Assembly (NCBI GenBank): GCA_051872765.1
Contig: JBJEED010000091.1
Span: 17,878-81,877, forward strand
DNA: 64,000 nt
Source: Bacilli bacterium
Lineage (GTDB): Bacteria; Bacillota_I; Bacilli_A; RF39; UBA660
Direction: 5' to 3'
Below, piece by piece: positions 30,181 to 40,805 of the stretch (positions within the stretch are counted from its first letter, which is position 1; each line of letters opens with the position of its first letter). The position numbers and the translations under genes were made by a program. A model generated the notes under the pieces. The model ran no database searches. It was not told the DNA's origin and was given only the letters and a program-made list of their open reading frames with translations.

Positions 30181-30396
30181 TTGAATATTGAACAAATAAA
30201 AAATAAGTTAAAAAATTTTGGTAAATCTAAAATTAAAATAAAAGTAAATCTAGGTCGTAATAAGTATGAGTATTATGAGGGATATATAAATAAGATGCAT
30301 CCTAATATTTTTGTTGTTGAAACTAATAAAGGAATAAAATCTTTTTCTTATTCTGATGTAGTTATTAAAAATGTAATATTAACTAAATTTAATTAA
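30181..30396 (+). CDS. veg: Veg family protein
   Basis: NLGRNK...G.I...HPNIFVV...SFSYSDV; follows yabG. Confidence 0.9.
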   Translation: MNIEQIKNKLKNFGKSKIKIKVNLGRNKYEYYEGYINKMHPNIFVVETNKGIKSFSYSDVVIKNVILTKFN

Positions 30397-30668
30397 AATC
30401 AGTTTAAGATATTATTTACTTTATATATAAATATAATGTATTAATATTTGTATGCTTAGAAATAAAACTTAAAATAATAGTAAAACTAATTAGTAATTGT
30501 TGTTAATAATCTTATAATTATTTTTATATTGTCTTTGATTAATAAGATAAAAAATGCTTAAACTTCAATATTTAAATCGTTGACTGCTGATATATTATGA
30601 TGTATAATTTATGTATAGTAGTCTATATTTATAAGTTATTATAAATTTAAATAGAAAGGATCGAAGAA

Positions 30669-31232
30669 ATGAAAAAGCAAAGAAACACACAAATGCTGGT
30701 TATTGCAGTCTTAGCAATTGCGGTATTGACAATGTCAGTAGGTTTTGCGGCATTTACTCAAAGATTAGATATTAATAGTAATACTACAGTTGGTGTGTCA
30801 ACTTGGAATGTTAAATTTTTAACTGATAGTTTCACAGTAACTGATGGAAGCGTTAATGTAGATAGTGGTAACATAGTAATTACAGGTACATCTGTCACAT
30901 ATGAGGTTAAGTTATCTAAGCCTGGAGATTTTTATGAATTTACTATTAATGTTAAAAATTCAGGTACATTTAATGCTAACTTAGTTGGAATTACTTTAAG
31001 TTCTTTAACTGAGGCACAATCTAAATATTTAACTCACAAATTAACATATGATGGTGTAGAGTATACTCAAACAACATCTGGATTATCAAAAACATTAAAT
31101 GCAACTGATGGTGTTGCTAGTGTTAAAGTTCGTGTGGAATATGTTGCACCAGAAGATCCAAATGATTTACCACAGGAAGAAGTTCGTATACCTTTAACTG
31201 CATCTCTTTCATATGAACAAAAACCTGATTAG
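30669..31232 (+). CDS. Secreted protein with SipW-type signal peptide (TasA/CalY-like candidate subunit)
   Basis: Signal peptide ends ...LTMSVGFA-AF; beta-rich mature part with KPGD...NVKNSGT; immediately upstream of a signal peptidase. Confidence 0.65.
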   Translation: MKKQRNTQMLVIAVLAIAVLTMSVGFAAFTQRLDINSNTTVGVSTWNVKFLTDSFTVTDGSVNVDSGNIVITGTSVTYEVKLSKPGDFYEFTINVKNSGTFNANLVGITLSSLTEAQSKYLTHKLTYDGVEYTQTTSGLSKTLNATDGVASVKVRVEYVAPEDPNDLPQEEVRIPLTASLSYEQKPD

Positions 31233-31298
31233 AATAATTTATAAAAATTATGTTTGTTAAATTGATAAATAACAAATATATAATTAGTGGGTAAAAAT

Positions 31299-32414
31299 AT
31301 GAAAAAAAATATATTGACATTTTATATATGTAATATAATAATTATAGCCTTAATTGTATTATTTAATAATAAGAATTATAGTATTCTATTATGGATTTTA
31401 TTAACTATCTTTTTATTTTTTAAGTGTGGTTTTCCTAAAGATAAAAATTATTTAAAATATAATACAATTCAAATTGTAATAATTAGTATATTCTCATATT
31501 TTTTAATTACTTATAGTCTTGGTTTAATTACGGGATTTAGTAAAAATTTTTTTGATTTAAATATTAAATCGATTATTATGAATATGCTATATCCTTTTAC
31601 TTTGATTACTTGTCAAGAACTTATTCGATATATTTATGCTAAAAATTGTGTAGATGATATAAAGCCATATATTATGCTTACTTTAGTATATATTTTTTTA
31701 GAAATTTTTACTCAAGTTAATGGATATAATTTTTACAATTTTGAAATATTGTTTAAGTTTATATGTTTAGTAGTATTAAAAAGTATTTCTCATGAAATTC
31801 TATATAGTTATATTACTTATAAGATTAGTTTTATACCTACATTAATTATGAAACTAACATTTGGTTTATATATATACATTATACCTATATTTCCAAATTT
31901 AGGAGAATATTTAATGTCTCTTTTTGGAATATTATATCCGGCTTTGGTTTATGTAATGATATATAAAACTATTCAATCTTATGATAAAAGTAGTAAATAT
32001 GTGACTTCAATAAAGAAAAAATATTTGCTATATCCTGTAATTTTATTTTTATGCATAATTGCAGTACTTACATCAGGTATTGGAAAATATCAAATGATTG
32101 CAATTGGATCTGGTAGTATGGAACCAATATATAAGCGTGGTGATGCGGTAATCTTTACTAAGATAAAATCACTTGAAGAAGTGAAAATTGGTTCCATTAT
32201 AGCATTTACTAAAAATAATATACTAATAACACACAGAGTGGTAAATATTGAATATAAAAATGGTGATTATCAATTTATCACAAAAGGGGATAATAATAAA
32301 GATATTGACATTGGAACTGTTAGTGGCAGTAATGTTAAAGGAATTGTGATACATAAGATTCCTTATATTGGATATCCAACAATATGGATTAATGAAAAAC
32401 TAGGTAATATATAA
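31299..32414 (+). CDS. SipW-type (S26B) signal peptidase I with a large N-terminal polytopic membrane domain
   Basis: IGSGSMEP...GD, ITHRVV, ITKGDNN...D and IPYIGYP: Ser/His ER-type SPase motifs. Confidence 0.88.
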   Translation: MKKNILTFYICNIIIIALIVLFNNKNYSILLWILLTIFLFFKCGFPKDKNYLKYNTIQIVIISIFSYFLITYSLGLITGFSKNFFDLNIKSIIMNMLYPFTLITCQELIRYIYAKNCVDDIKPYIMLTLVYIFLEIFTQVNGYNFYNFEILFKFICLVVLKSISHEILYSYITYKISFIPTLIMKLTFGLYIYIIPIFPNLGEYLMSLFGILYPALVYVMIYKTIQSYDKSSKYVTSIKKKYLLYPVILFLCIIAVLTSGIGKYQMIAIGSGSMEPIYKRGDAVIFTKIKSLEEVKIGSIIAFTKNNILITHRVVNIEYKNGDYQFITKGDNNKDIDIGTVSGSNVKGIVIHKIPYIGYPTIWINEKLGNI

Positions 32415-32436
32415 AAAGAATAAGTGTGGTGATAAT

Positions 32437-33522
32437 ATGAAAAATGATGATAATTCTTTGTTTATGAGAAAAATTTATTATTTACTCATTGTTTTTTCAA
32501 TTATCATTTTAAGTATATGCTCTTATTTTTATATAAGAATGGGATTAGATAATAAGGTAAAAAATGTTTTAGATTACGAAAGTAGTAGTGATATAAATTA
32601 TAAAGTATATTTAAAGAAAAATAACTTTTTTAATGAAGAATATTTAACTATGAATAAAACTTATATTGCAAGTTTAATTGATCATTTAGATGTTATTTTT
32701 ACATATAATCTTAAATATAGTGAACTTGTATCTGGAAAGTATAATTATTATGTAAAAGCTACTATTTTAGCTGATAAAGATGCATCTAGTAATACAAATT
32801 ATTGGTCTAAATCTTATATTTTAACAGAACCAGAAACTATTGAATTTAGTAAAATTAATAATTATAATATCACCACTAGCGTAATAGTTGATTATCAGAA
32901 ATATAGTGATTTGCTTAAAGAATTTAGAAAAGAATATGGATTATCTATCACTGGTTTATTAAAATTAGAACTTATTGTTGAAAGTGAGACAAAAAGTGAG
33001 TCTATTGAAAATGTTGCTAATATAAATTCTTCTTCTGAATTAACTATTCCTCTTACTGAGCAAGCAATTGAATTATCTATTAATGCTGAAAATGATAGTA
33101 ATTCTGGAAGCATAGTAGAAGAGGTTGTATTAGATAATATTAAATATAAAATATTTTTAGTGCTTGGTACTATTTTAGGAATTTTAGCAATCATATTACT
33201 TGGAATATTTATTTACGAATTAATAATGTTATATCAAAGTAAAAGTAAATATTCGATAGAACTTAAAAAAATAATGTCTTCATATGATAGTATAATTGTA
33301 AATGTTAGTAGTATGCCTAATTTTACTAAATATAAAGTTATTAACGTACTTTCATTTGATGAGTTAATTGATGCTCATAGTGAAGTAAGAATGCCAATTA
33401 ATTATTATGAAGAGAAGCCTGGATGTAAAAGTGTTTTTGTACTTATTAATGGTGATATTGTCTGGATGTATACATTGTTAGATGAAAATTATAGAAAAAG
33501 AATTTTAAAAAAGAAGTCATAA
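32437..33522 (+). CDS. Two-TM protein with extracellular domain (DUF5305-like)
   Basis: N-terminal and near-C-terminal TM segments; cytoplasmic tail ending V.SFDEL.D......PI, recalled as typical of DUF5305 proteins next to SipW. Confidence 0.6.
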   Translation: MKNDDNSLFMRKIYYLLIVFSIIILSICSYFYIRMGLDNKVKNVLDYESSSDINYKVYLKKNNFFNEEYLTMNKTYIASLIDHLDVIFTYNLKYSELVSGKYNYYVKATILADKDASSNTNYWSKSYILTEPETIEFSKINNYNITTSVIVDYQKYSDLLKEFRKEYGLSITGLLKLELIVESETKSESIENVANINSSSELTIPLTEQAIELSINAENDSNSGSIVEEVVLDNIKYKIFLVLGTILGILAIILLGIFIYELIMLYQSKSKYSIELKKIMSSYDSIIVNVSSMPNFTKYKVINVLSFDELIDAHSEVRMPINYYEEKPGCKSVFVLINGDIVWMYTLLDENYRKRILKKKS

Positions 33523-33560
33523 TTATTTATAATATAATAGAAAAGGAAAAGGAAAATCAA

Positions 33561-35900
33561 ATGTTAAAAAATCGAAATGTTATTATATATATATTTGTTT
33601 TACTAATTATTTCTTTTATGAGTGTAGGGTATGCATACTATGGACAATTGCTAGAGTTTTCTGGAAATATTAATTTAAAGCCAGATGGTAAATTTCGTAT
33701 AGATAATATAATACTTACGGATACTTCTAATGTTATAAGTAGTGTTCCACCAATTATTACAGATAATACAATTGAGTTTAATATAAGCTTTGGTGGTACT
33801 GAAAATGAGTATTATGCAATATATACAGCTGACTTCATAAATGAAAGTAGCTATAGTTATACATATAATTCTTTTAATTTTACGCCAATTGTTACCGCGA
33901 GTGGTGATGGAAGTGGACAATTATCTTTTGAAGTTAGTAATATTAATGATGGAGATGTAATTTCTCCTGGAGAGATTTTAACGATTACGTTAAAATTGAT
34001 TTTAGATGTAAGTGATTCTGAACAAACATATGATATAAATGCCAAGAGTGATGTTATATTGAATTATAATGAAAAAGGTTCTATTTTTACTAGTGTATCA
34101 CCATTATCTGTAGATTTAACTGGTACTAATGAATTAGCTTTAATTAATTTAGAGGTTATGAACACATATGGTAGAAATATTACTTTTAATATGAAATCTA
34201 GTAATAATAATTTTTCTTTAGTAAATAGTGATGGAACAGATTTAGGAAGTTTTACTATTTTAGCAAATAGTGTAGATGATTATCAAATATATTTGAAAAA
34301 GACAGATAATAGCGTGTTTTATGATTCTTCTGAGACTACAATATTAATATTACAATGTGGTACTTTAGGAAACTATAATACTAGTAAGATAACAGTTTCT
34401 GTTGATAAGTCAGAGTTAAGTGATACTAGTATTCCTGAAATTGGTGAAATTAGTTTTACTATAAATAATAATGAAGGACAGGCTGATCTTAATTGGAGTA
34501 GATTAGATAGTGGGGGCACTAGTATTATTGGTTATACAATATTACTTTATAATTCTACGAATGATACCTTAGTAAATACTTATAATACTAATAGTGACTT
34601 GACAAGTTATAGTATTACAGGTCTTGAAGAAGGAAGTTATTATGTTAAAATATATGGAACAGATCAAGCTGGAAATAATGGAAGTGGATATGTAAATGAT
34701 GCTACAACTAGTACAATTTATTGTCGTCAATCTTCTACTGTTGCTTTAAAATGGATATTTAATGTTACTAATAATTTAACTTATTTGACTTCTTCAGGTG
34801 CTAGTACTGCTTCATTAGGAAGTACATATACTGCAACATTATCGGTTTCAGGAAATGTAAGTTTGCCAACTTCTATTACAGTTACTATGAATGGTGTTAC
34901 ACTAGTAAATGGTACAGATTATACATATAGTAGTAGTACAGGACAAATATCTATTCCTAATGTAAATGGAGATATTACCATTACAGCTAGAGGAAGTGGC
35001 GTATGTTTAATTGAAGGAACAAAGATTAGTTTAGCTGATGGAAGTACTAAAAACATTGAAAATATAAGATATGATGATTTACTTCTTGTTTGGAGTTATG
35101 AAGAGGGGCGTATGGTATATGAATATCCTATTTGGATAGAAAAAGAACATAAAGCGCAATCTTATCAATTAACAAAATTCTCATCAGGAGATGAGTTAAA
35201 AACAATAGGATATCATGGCATATATAATATGGACCTTAATAGATTTGTTTCAGTTGATAATAGAGAAGAATTTGATGTTGGTACTAATGTTGCTATTATG
35301 AATGATGATAAAACAGGTTTTATATCTACTAGTGTAGTTAGTATAGAATATGTGTATGAAGAAGTAAATTATTATCATGTGGTTTCAACTAGATATTATA
35401 ATATAATTGCTAATAATATTTTAACAACTGATGGAACAGTAATATTATCTAATTTATATGGATTTGATGATAACATTATGTGGTTAAATAGAAATCAAGT
35501 AATTAATGATAAAAATAATCTTTATGATTATATAGAATTTAATGATATAATGCCATATTATATGTTTTCTGGCCTTAGAGCTAGTGAAGGTAAGTATTTA
35601 GCTAATTTAGGTTTTTTGAGTAAAGAAACATTTAAATATTATTTACTTCAAAATCAAATGAATAAAGAAATGTTGTTACCGCCAACTGTAAATAAAAATG
35701 GTATAAGACAATGGGTTGTAAAAACAAGTTTAGGATATGAAAGATTAATAGATGAGGGAAGTTATTTTTATTTAGATAATTCAAATACTTTAGGTAAAAA
35801 GATTTTATATTGGTATGATATGTCTACAGGAGTAAAATACAAACCTAATGAAAGAGTTAAAATATGGTATGGTACTTATTTTGAGGCTATATATGAATAA
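33561..35900 (+). CDS. Large secreted protein: SipW-type signal, Ig-like domains, FN3 domain, Hint domain and C-terminal domain
   Basis: Signal ...FMSVGYA-YY; FN3 LNWSR...GYTI...YSITGLEEGSYYVKIYG.DQAGN; Hint from C482 (CLIEGTKISLADGSTKNIENI..DD) to YNIIANNILT. Confidence 0.8.
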   Translation: MLKNRNVIIYIFVLLIISFMSVGYAYYGQLLEFSGNINLKPDGKFRIDNIILTDTSNVISSVPPIITDNTIEFNISFGGTENEYYAIYTADFINESSYSYTYNSFNFTPIVTASGDGSGQLSFEVSNINDGDVISPGEILTITLKLILDVSDSEQTYDINAKSDVILNYNEKGSIFTSVSPLSVDLTGTNELALINLEVMNTYGRNITFNMKSSNNNFSLVNSDGTDLGSFTILANSVDDYQIYLKKTDNSVFYDSSETTILILQCGTLGNYNTSKITVSVDKSELSDTSIPEIGEISFTINNNEGQADLNWSRLDSGGTSIIGYTILLYNSTNDTLVNTYNTNSDLTSYSITGLEEGSYYVKIYGTDQAGNNGSGYVNDATTSTIYCRQSSTVALKWIFNVTNNLTYLTSSGASTASLGSTYTATLSVSGNVSLPTSITVTMNGVTLVNGTDYTYSSSTGQISIPNVNGDITITARGSGVCLIEGTKISLADGSTKNIENIRYDDLLLVWSYEEGRMVYEYPIWIEKEHKAQSYQLTKFSSGDELKTIGYHGIYNMDLNRFVSVDNREEFDVGTNVAIMNDDKTGFISTSVVSIEYVYEEVNYYHVVSTRYYNIIANNILTTDGTVILSNLYGFDDNIMWLNRNQVINDKNNLYDYIEFNDIMPYYMFSGLRASEGKYLANLGFLSKETFKYYLLQNQMNKEMLLPPTVNKNGIRQWVVKTSLGYERLIDEGSYFYLDNSNTLGKKILYWYDMSTGVKYKPNERVKIWYGTYFEAIYE

Positions 35901-36034
35901 AAAGAGTATAAAAGTATTATATTCTATTGTGATTTAATCTAATAAAAAGTCTTATATTAATTAAATTTAATTAAAAATATTGATATTGAAAAATATTTGT
36001 ATTATAATTAATATAGCAAATTAAGGAGGTACTT

Positions 36035-36313
36035 ATGAAAATTACATCAGTAAAAATTCGTAAAGTTGAGAGAGAAGGATCTCGTATGAAAGGTATTGCT
36101 TCTGTAGTAGTTGATGATGCAATTGCTATTCATGATATTAGAATTATTGAAGGCGATAATGGATTATTTATTGCTATGCCTAGTCGTAAAACACCAGTAG
36201 GTGAATATAAGGATATAGCTCATCCAATTAACCAAGAAGTAAGAACTATGTTTGAAAAAGAAATACTTGATGCATATAACAAATCAGACGAAGTTCAAGA
36301 AAACGAGGAATAA
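36035..36313 (+). CDS. spoVG: Septation regulator SpoVG
   Basis: MKITSVKIR...IHDIRIIEGDNGLFIAMPSRK...YKDIAHPI. Confidence 0.98.
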   Translation: MKITSVKIRKVEREGSRMKGIASVVVDDAIAIHDIRIIEGDNGLFIAMPSRKTPVGEYKDIAHPINQEVRTMFEKEILDAYNKSDEVQENEE

Positions 36314-36447
36314 TAAAAATATATATAGACTAATAATAATGAGTTTATAAGTTGTTTTTAATATAGAATTGTATTTTAATATAAAACAATTCTTTTTTTA
36401 TGTAGTCTTTTTTTAAAAATATTTCATATTTTTAATTAGGAGGAAAT

Positions 36448-36732
36448 ATGGAAAATAAAACAGATGATTCATATAATCATATAATTAATATTACTGATAG
36501 AAAGGCAATATCATTATCAGGTATAAAAAAAATAAATAATTTTGATGATACAGAATTTTTTGTTGATACTATTATGGGACAGTTGATTATTAAAGGTGAA
36601 AATTTAGAATTATTAAAAATGGATACTTTTCAGGGTAATTTAACTATTAAAGGAAAAATAGTACTAATAAATTATTTAGAAGATAGTAAAAAATTTAAAG
36701 CTGATAATATTATGGCAAGGTTATTTAAATGA
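36448..36732 (+). CDS. yabP: Sporulation protein YabP
   Basis: ITDRKAISLSGI..I.NFD...T.MG.L.IKGENL; yabP-yabQ-divIC synteny. Confidence 0.9.
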   Translation: MENKTDDSYNHIINITDRKAISLSGIKKINNFDDTEFFVDTIMGQLIIKGENLELLKMDTFQGNLTIKGKIVLINYLEDSKKFKADNIMARLFK

Positions 36733-36992
36733 TTAGTCTTAAAGAACAAATAATATCATTTGTTTTTTCATTTGTATATGGATTTATAATTTATTTTTTT
36801 TATAAAAAAAGTTATAAATATTTATATCATTCAAAAAAAATATATTGTATTTTAAATTCATTTTTATTTATTATAGATGTAATATTAATATATTTTAAAA
36901 TATTTTATTTTATTAGTGATGGTTATATAAGTATATATTTTATATTGATAACACTTATTGTTTTTCTATGTTTAAATAAAAAGTATAATTAA
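36729..36992 (+). CDS. yabQ: Spore cortex protein YabQ-like (short)
   Basis: Hydrophobic MISLKEQIISF...YG N-terminus; overlaps the yabP stop. Confidence 0.65.
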   Translation: MISLKEQIISFVFSFVYGFIIYFFYKKSYKYLYHSKKIYCILNSFLFIIDVILIYFKIFYFISDGYISIYFILITLIVFLCLNKKYN

Positions 36993-37082
36993 TTTTTTAC
37001 ATTATTTAATGTAAATATTTGTCGTTTTGCTTGTTAATAGGTATTAATAAGAATATAATTATATTATGGGAATATAAGGGTT

Positions 37083-37382
37083 GTGGATAATATGAATAAA
37101 ATAGGACAAAAAACAAAATTTAGAGTGACTTTTTTATTACTTGGTCTTATAATATCAAGTGTGTTTTTTGTATCCCAGTTTTTTTCTTATATTACTCAAA
37201 TTATGAAAACTAAACAAGAAATATATGATTTAGAACTTACATACAATGATAAACTTCATGAAGAAGAAGTATTAAATGATGAAATAAGTAAATTGGAAGA
37301 TCCTGAGTATTTGGCAAAATATGCTCGCGAAAAATATTTGTATTCGAAAAAAGATGAGATTATTATTAAAATTGAAGAATAA
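37083..37382 (+). CDS. divIC: Septum formation initiator DivIC/FtsB
   Basis: TM segment, coiled coil and LEDPEYLAKYAREKYLYSK..E. Confidence 0.9.
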   Translation: MDNMNKIGQKTKFRVTFLLLGLIISSVFFVSQFFSYITQIMKTKQEIYDLELTYNDKLHEEEVLNDEISKLEDPEYLAKYAREKYLYSKKDEIIIKIEE

Positions 37383-37397
37383 TTAGAAAGGCTTGAT

Positions 37398-38723
37398 ATG
37401 GAAGAAGTATATGATTATATAAGAACTAAGATTGGTTTAATGCCTAATGATACAGTTGTGATTGGTGTATCTGGGGGGCCAGATTCAATGGCTCTTTTAC
37501 ATATTATGAAAGAATTTAAGAAGACATTTGGACTAAGAATAGTGTGTGCACATGTAAATCATAATGTAAGAATCGAAAGTGAGCAAGAAAGAATTGATTT
37601 AGAAAACTATTGTAAAATAAATAATATTATTTTTGAATATATTAAGATAGATAAATGGTCTATGGATAATTTTCATAATGAAGCAAGAACAATTAGATAT
37701 AATTTTTTTGAAGAATTAATTGAAAATTATGGAGCAAAATTTTTAATGACAGCTCATCATGGTGATGATTTAATTGAGACTATATTAATGAGAATAGTTA
37801 GAGGTTCTACATTAAAGGGATATAGTGGTTTTAGTAGAATTGTTAATAAAAATAATTATAAAATAGTAAGGCCACTATTAACATTAACTAAAGATGAAAT
37901 ATTAGATTTCGTTATTAAAAATAATATTAAATTTGCAATAGATAGTTCAAATAATGAAGATCATTATACTAGAAACAGATATAGGCATGTTGTTTTACCA
38001 TTTTTAAAAAATGAAGAAGCTAATGTTCATAAGAAATTTTTAAAATTTAGTGAAACATTATTGGAAAGTAGCAATTACATTGATATAGAAACTGATAAAG
38101 TTATAAATAAAGTATTTCAAAATGGACAATTAAATTTGAATAAATTTTTAGAATTAAATCATGTGATTCAAACTAAAATAATCTATAATATATTAGAAAA
38201 AATATATGGTGATGATTTATTGATTATTGGCGATGTACATGTAGAATTAATATTTAATTTAATTAAATCTAAAAAATCAAATAGTTGTGTATATCTTCCA
38301 AATGGTGTAGTAGTAATAAAGTCTTATAATGAAATTAGTTTTGACTATATTGACAATGAATATGAAGATTATTGTTATAAAATTGATAATTTAGTAAATT
38401 TACCTAATGGTAAAATAATTGAAGTAGTATCTTCAAGTAATGATACTACAAATAATACGATTAGATTAAATAGCAAAGATATAAAATTACCTTTATATGT
38501 GAGAAATAGACATAATGGTGATAAAATGGTAGTGAAAGGTTTAAATGGCTCTAAGAAAATAAATGATATATTTATTGATGAAAAAATAAAAAAATCATTA
38601 AGAGATATATGGCCAATTGTGTTAGATAATGAAGACAATGTTGTATGGTTACCTGGTCTAAAAAAATCTAGCCTTGACAAGGAAATAACAGAAGAGTATG
38701 ATATTATATTGAGATATTATTAG
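37398..38723 (+). CDS. tilS: tRNA(Ile)-lysidine synthetase
   Basis: VSGGPDSMAL PP-loop, HVNH, TAHHGDD.IET, RPLL and YTRNRYR. Confidence 0.97.
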   Translation: MEEVYDYIRTKIGLMPNDTVVIGVSGGPDSMALLHIMKEFKKTFGLRIVCAHVNHNVRIESEQERIDLENYCKINNIIFEYIKIDKWSMDNFHNEARTIRYNFFEELIENYGAKFLMTAHHGDDLIETILMRIVRGSTLKGYSGFSRIVNKNNYKIVRPLLTLTKDEILDFVIKNNIKFAIDSSNNEDHYTRNRYRHVVLPFLKNEEANVHKKFLKFSETLLESSNYIDIETDKVINKVFQNGQLNLNKFLELNHVIQTKIIYNILEKIYGDDLLIIGDVHVELIFNLIKSKKSNSCVYLPNGVVVIKSYNEISFDYIDNEYEDYCYKIDNLVNLPNGKIIEVVSSSNDTTNNTIRLNSKDIKLPLYVRNRHNGDKMVVKGLNGSKKINDIFIDEKIKKSLRDIWPIVLDNEDNVVWLPGLKKSSLDKEITEEYDIILRYY

Positions 38724-38738
38724 AGAAAGGAAAACGCA

Positions 38739-40649
38739 ATGAATATTAAAAAAACAAAAAATAGTATGAATTTTATGCCATATATATTATTGGCAATGGT
38801 AGTAATAGGATCTTATTTATTTTTAAACACAATGGGTACAAAAATAAATGAGTTAAATTATACTGAATTAACTACACAAATAAATGAGGGAAATGTTACT
38901 GAAATATCAGTCACACCAAAAAGCGCATCAGGAGTATATATTATTACTGGTAAACTTGAAGGTTATGGGAAAGGAGAAACTTTTAGTGTTACTGTACCAT
39001 ACACTGACACAGTTATATCTTCTTTATATGAAGCAGCTGACAATAAAAATTTAACAATAAAGACAAATACTAATCCAGAAAATAGTACTTGGTTAAATGT
39101 ATTAATTAATGTTGTGCCAATTGTTATATTTGGAATATTAATATATATAATGTTTGTTAAACTTGGAAATAATGGTAAGAGTTCTTTTGATTTTGGAAAG
39201 AGTAGAGCTAAATTAGCTGAAGAGGGAGGAACTAAAACATTTAAAGATGTTGCTGGTTTAAAAGAAGAAAAGGAAGAAGTTCAGGAGTTAATTGATTTTC
39301 TTAAAAATCCAAAGAAATTTACTAAAATGGGAGCAAGAATTCCAAAAGGAGTTTTATTGGTTGGTCCTCCTGGTACAGGTAAAACATTATTAGCTAAAGC
39401 TGTTGCAGGTGAAGCAAAAGTACCATTCTTTTATATTAGTGGTTCTGATTTTGTAGAATTATTTGTAGGTGTTGGTGCTAGTCGTGTAAGAGATATGTTT
39501 AAACAAGCAAAACAAACAGCACCTTGTTTAATATTTATAGATGAAATAGATGCTGTAGGTCGTCAAAGAGGTACTGGGCTTGGCGGAGGTCATGATGAAA
39601 GAGAACAAACTTTAAATCAACTTTTAACCGAAATGGATGGATTTGGAGAGAATGAGGGTATTATCATTATGGCAGCAACGAATAGACCTGATGTATTAGA
39701 TCCTGCTTTATTAAGACCTGGAAGATTTGATAGACAAGTTACTGTAAGTAGACCAGATGTCAAAGAAAGAGAAGAAATATTAAAAGTTCATGCTAAAAAT
39801 AAGATATTAGCAAGTTCTGTTAAATTAAAACATATTGCTGAGAGAACACCTGGCTTTTCAGGAGCAGATTTAGAAAACTTATTAAATGAAGCAGCTTTAT
39901 TAGCAGTTAGACGTAATAAGACTGAAATAACTATGGATGAGATAGATGAAGCAGGAGATAGAGTATTAATGGGTCCTGCTAAAACTAGTAGAAAAGTAAC
40001 AGACTATGAGAAAGAAATAGTGGCATATCATGAAGCAGGTCATGCTGTATCTGGTATAGTTCTTCCAAATGGTGAAGAAGTTCATAAAATAACAATTATT
40101 CCTCGTGGTATGGCAGGTGGATATACACAAATGTTACCAAAAGAGGAAAGAACATTAGTATATACTAAAAAAGAATTAGAAGAGCAAATTATAACATTAT
40201 TATCTGGTCGTGCAAGTGAAGAAACTTATATGAGTGAAATATCAACAGGTGCTAGTGATGACTTAAAAAGAGCAACTAAAATTGCTAGAAGTATGGTTAC
40301 TGAATATGGTATGAGCTCACTTGGTCCAATGCAATTTGAGCATAGAAATGAAAGTGTCTTTTTAGGAAGAGACTACAATCAAACTAAAAATTTCTCAGAT
40401 CAAGTTGCACTACAAATAGATCAAGAAGTTAAAAAAATAATAGATGAATGTTATAGTCAAGCTAAAAAAATAGTTGTTAAAGAGAAAAAACTTATTAAAG
40501 TACTTGCTGATACATTAATTACAAAAGAAACTTTAACTAAAGAAGAGATTGAAGAAATTGTTGAAGCAAATAGTAATTATACTTTTGATAAAGACGAGAA
40601 AGAAGAAAAGACTTCTAAAAAAGAAAAAAAGCAAATTGATGAAGAATAA
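38739..40649 (+). CDS. ftsH: ATP-dependent zinc metalloprotease FtsH
   Basis: Two TM segments, [26 protein letters not shown] and HEAGH. Confidence 0.99.
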   Translation: MNIKKTKNSMNFMPYILLAMVVIGSYLFLNTMGTKINELNYTELTTQINEGNVTEISVTPKSASGVYIITGKLEGYGKGETFSVTVPYTDTVISSLYEAADNKNLTIKTNTNPENSTWLNVLINVVPIVIFGILIYIMFVKLGNNGKSSFDFGKSRAKLAEEGGTKTFKDVAGLKEEKEEVQELIDFLKNPKKFTKMGARIPKGVLLVGPPGTGKTLLAKAVAGEAKVPFFYISGSDFVELFVGVGASRVRDMFKQAKQTAPCLIFIDEIDAVGRQRGTGLGGGHDEREQTLNQLLTEMDGFGENEGIIIMAATNRPDVLDPALLRPGRFDRQVTVSRPDVKEREEILKVHAKNKILASSVKLKHIAERTPGFSGADLENLLNEAALLAVRRNKTEITMDEIDEAGDRVLMGPAKTSRKVTDYEKEIVAYHEAGHAVSGIVLPNGEEVHKITIIPRGMAGGYTQMLPKEERTLVYTKKELEEQIITLLSGRASEETYMSEISTGASDDLKRATKIARSMVTEYGMSSLGPMQFEHRNESVFLGRDYNQTKNFSDQVALQIDQEVKKIIDECYSQAKKIVVKEKKLIKVLADTLITKETLTKEEIEEIVEANSNYTFDKDEKEEKTSKKEKKQIDEE

Positions 40650-40668
40650 AATTTAAAATAAATTTTGT

Positions 40669-40700
40669 ATACCCATATTTTTATAAATATGGGTATTTTT
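40669..40700 (+). terminator. Terminator after ftsH
   Basis: ATACCCATATTT-TTAT-AAATATGGGTAT followed by TTTT. Confidence 0.7.
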
Positions 40701-40805
40701 ATAATAAAATATAAAATAATTTTTACACAAATGTCTGCTAAATTACAATTAATATTAACCATGCATTTATAATTGTGCTATAATACACATGAAAAGAGGT
40801 GCAGT

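Noticed and set aside
35004-35432. A true self-splicing intein
   Set aside because: No terminal His-Asn, no endonuclease domain, and the host is a secreted protein; treated as a non-splicing Hint domain.
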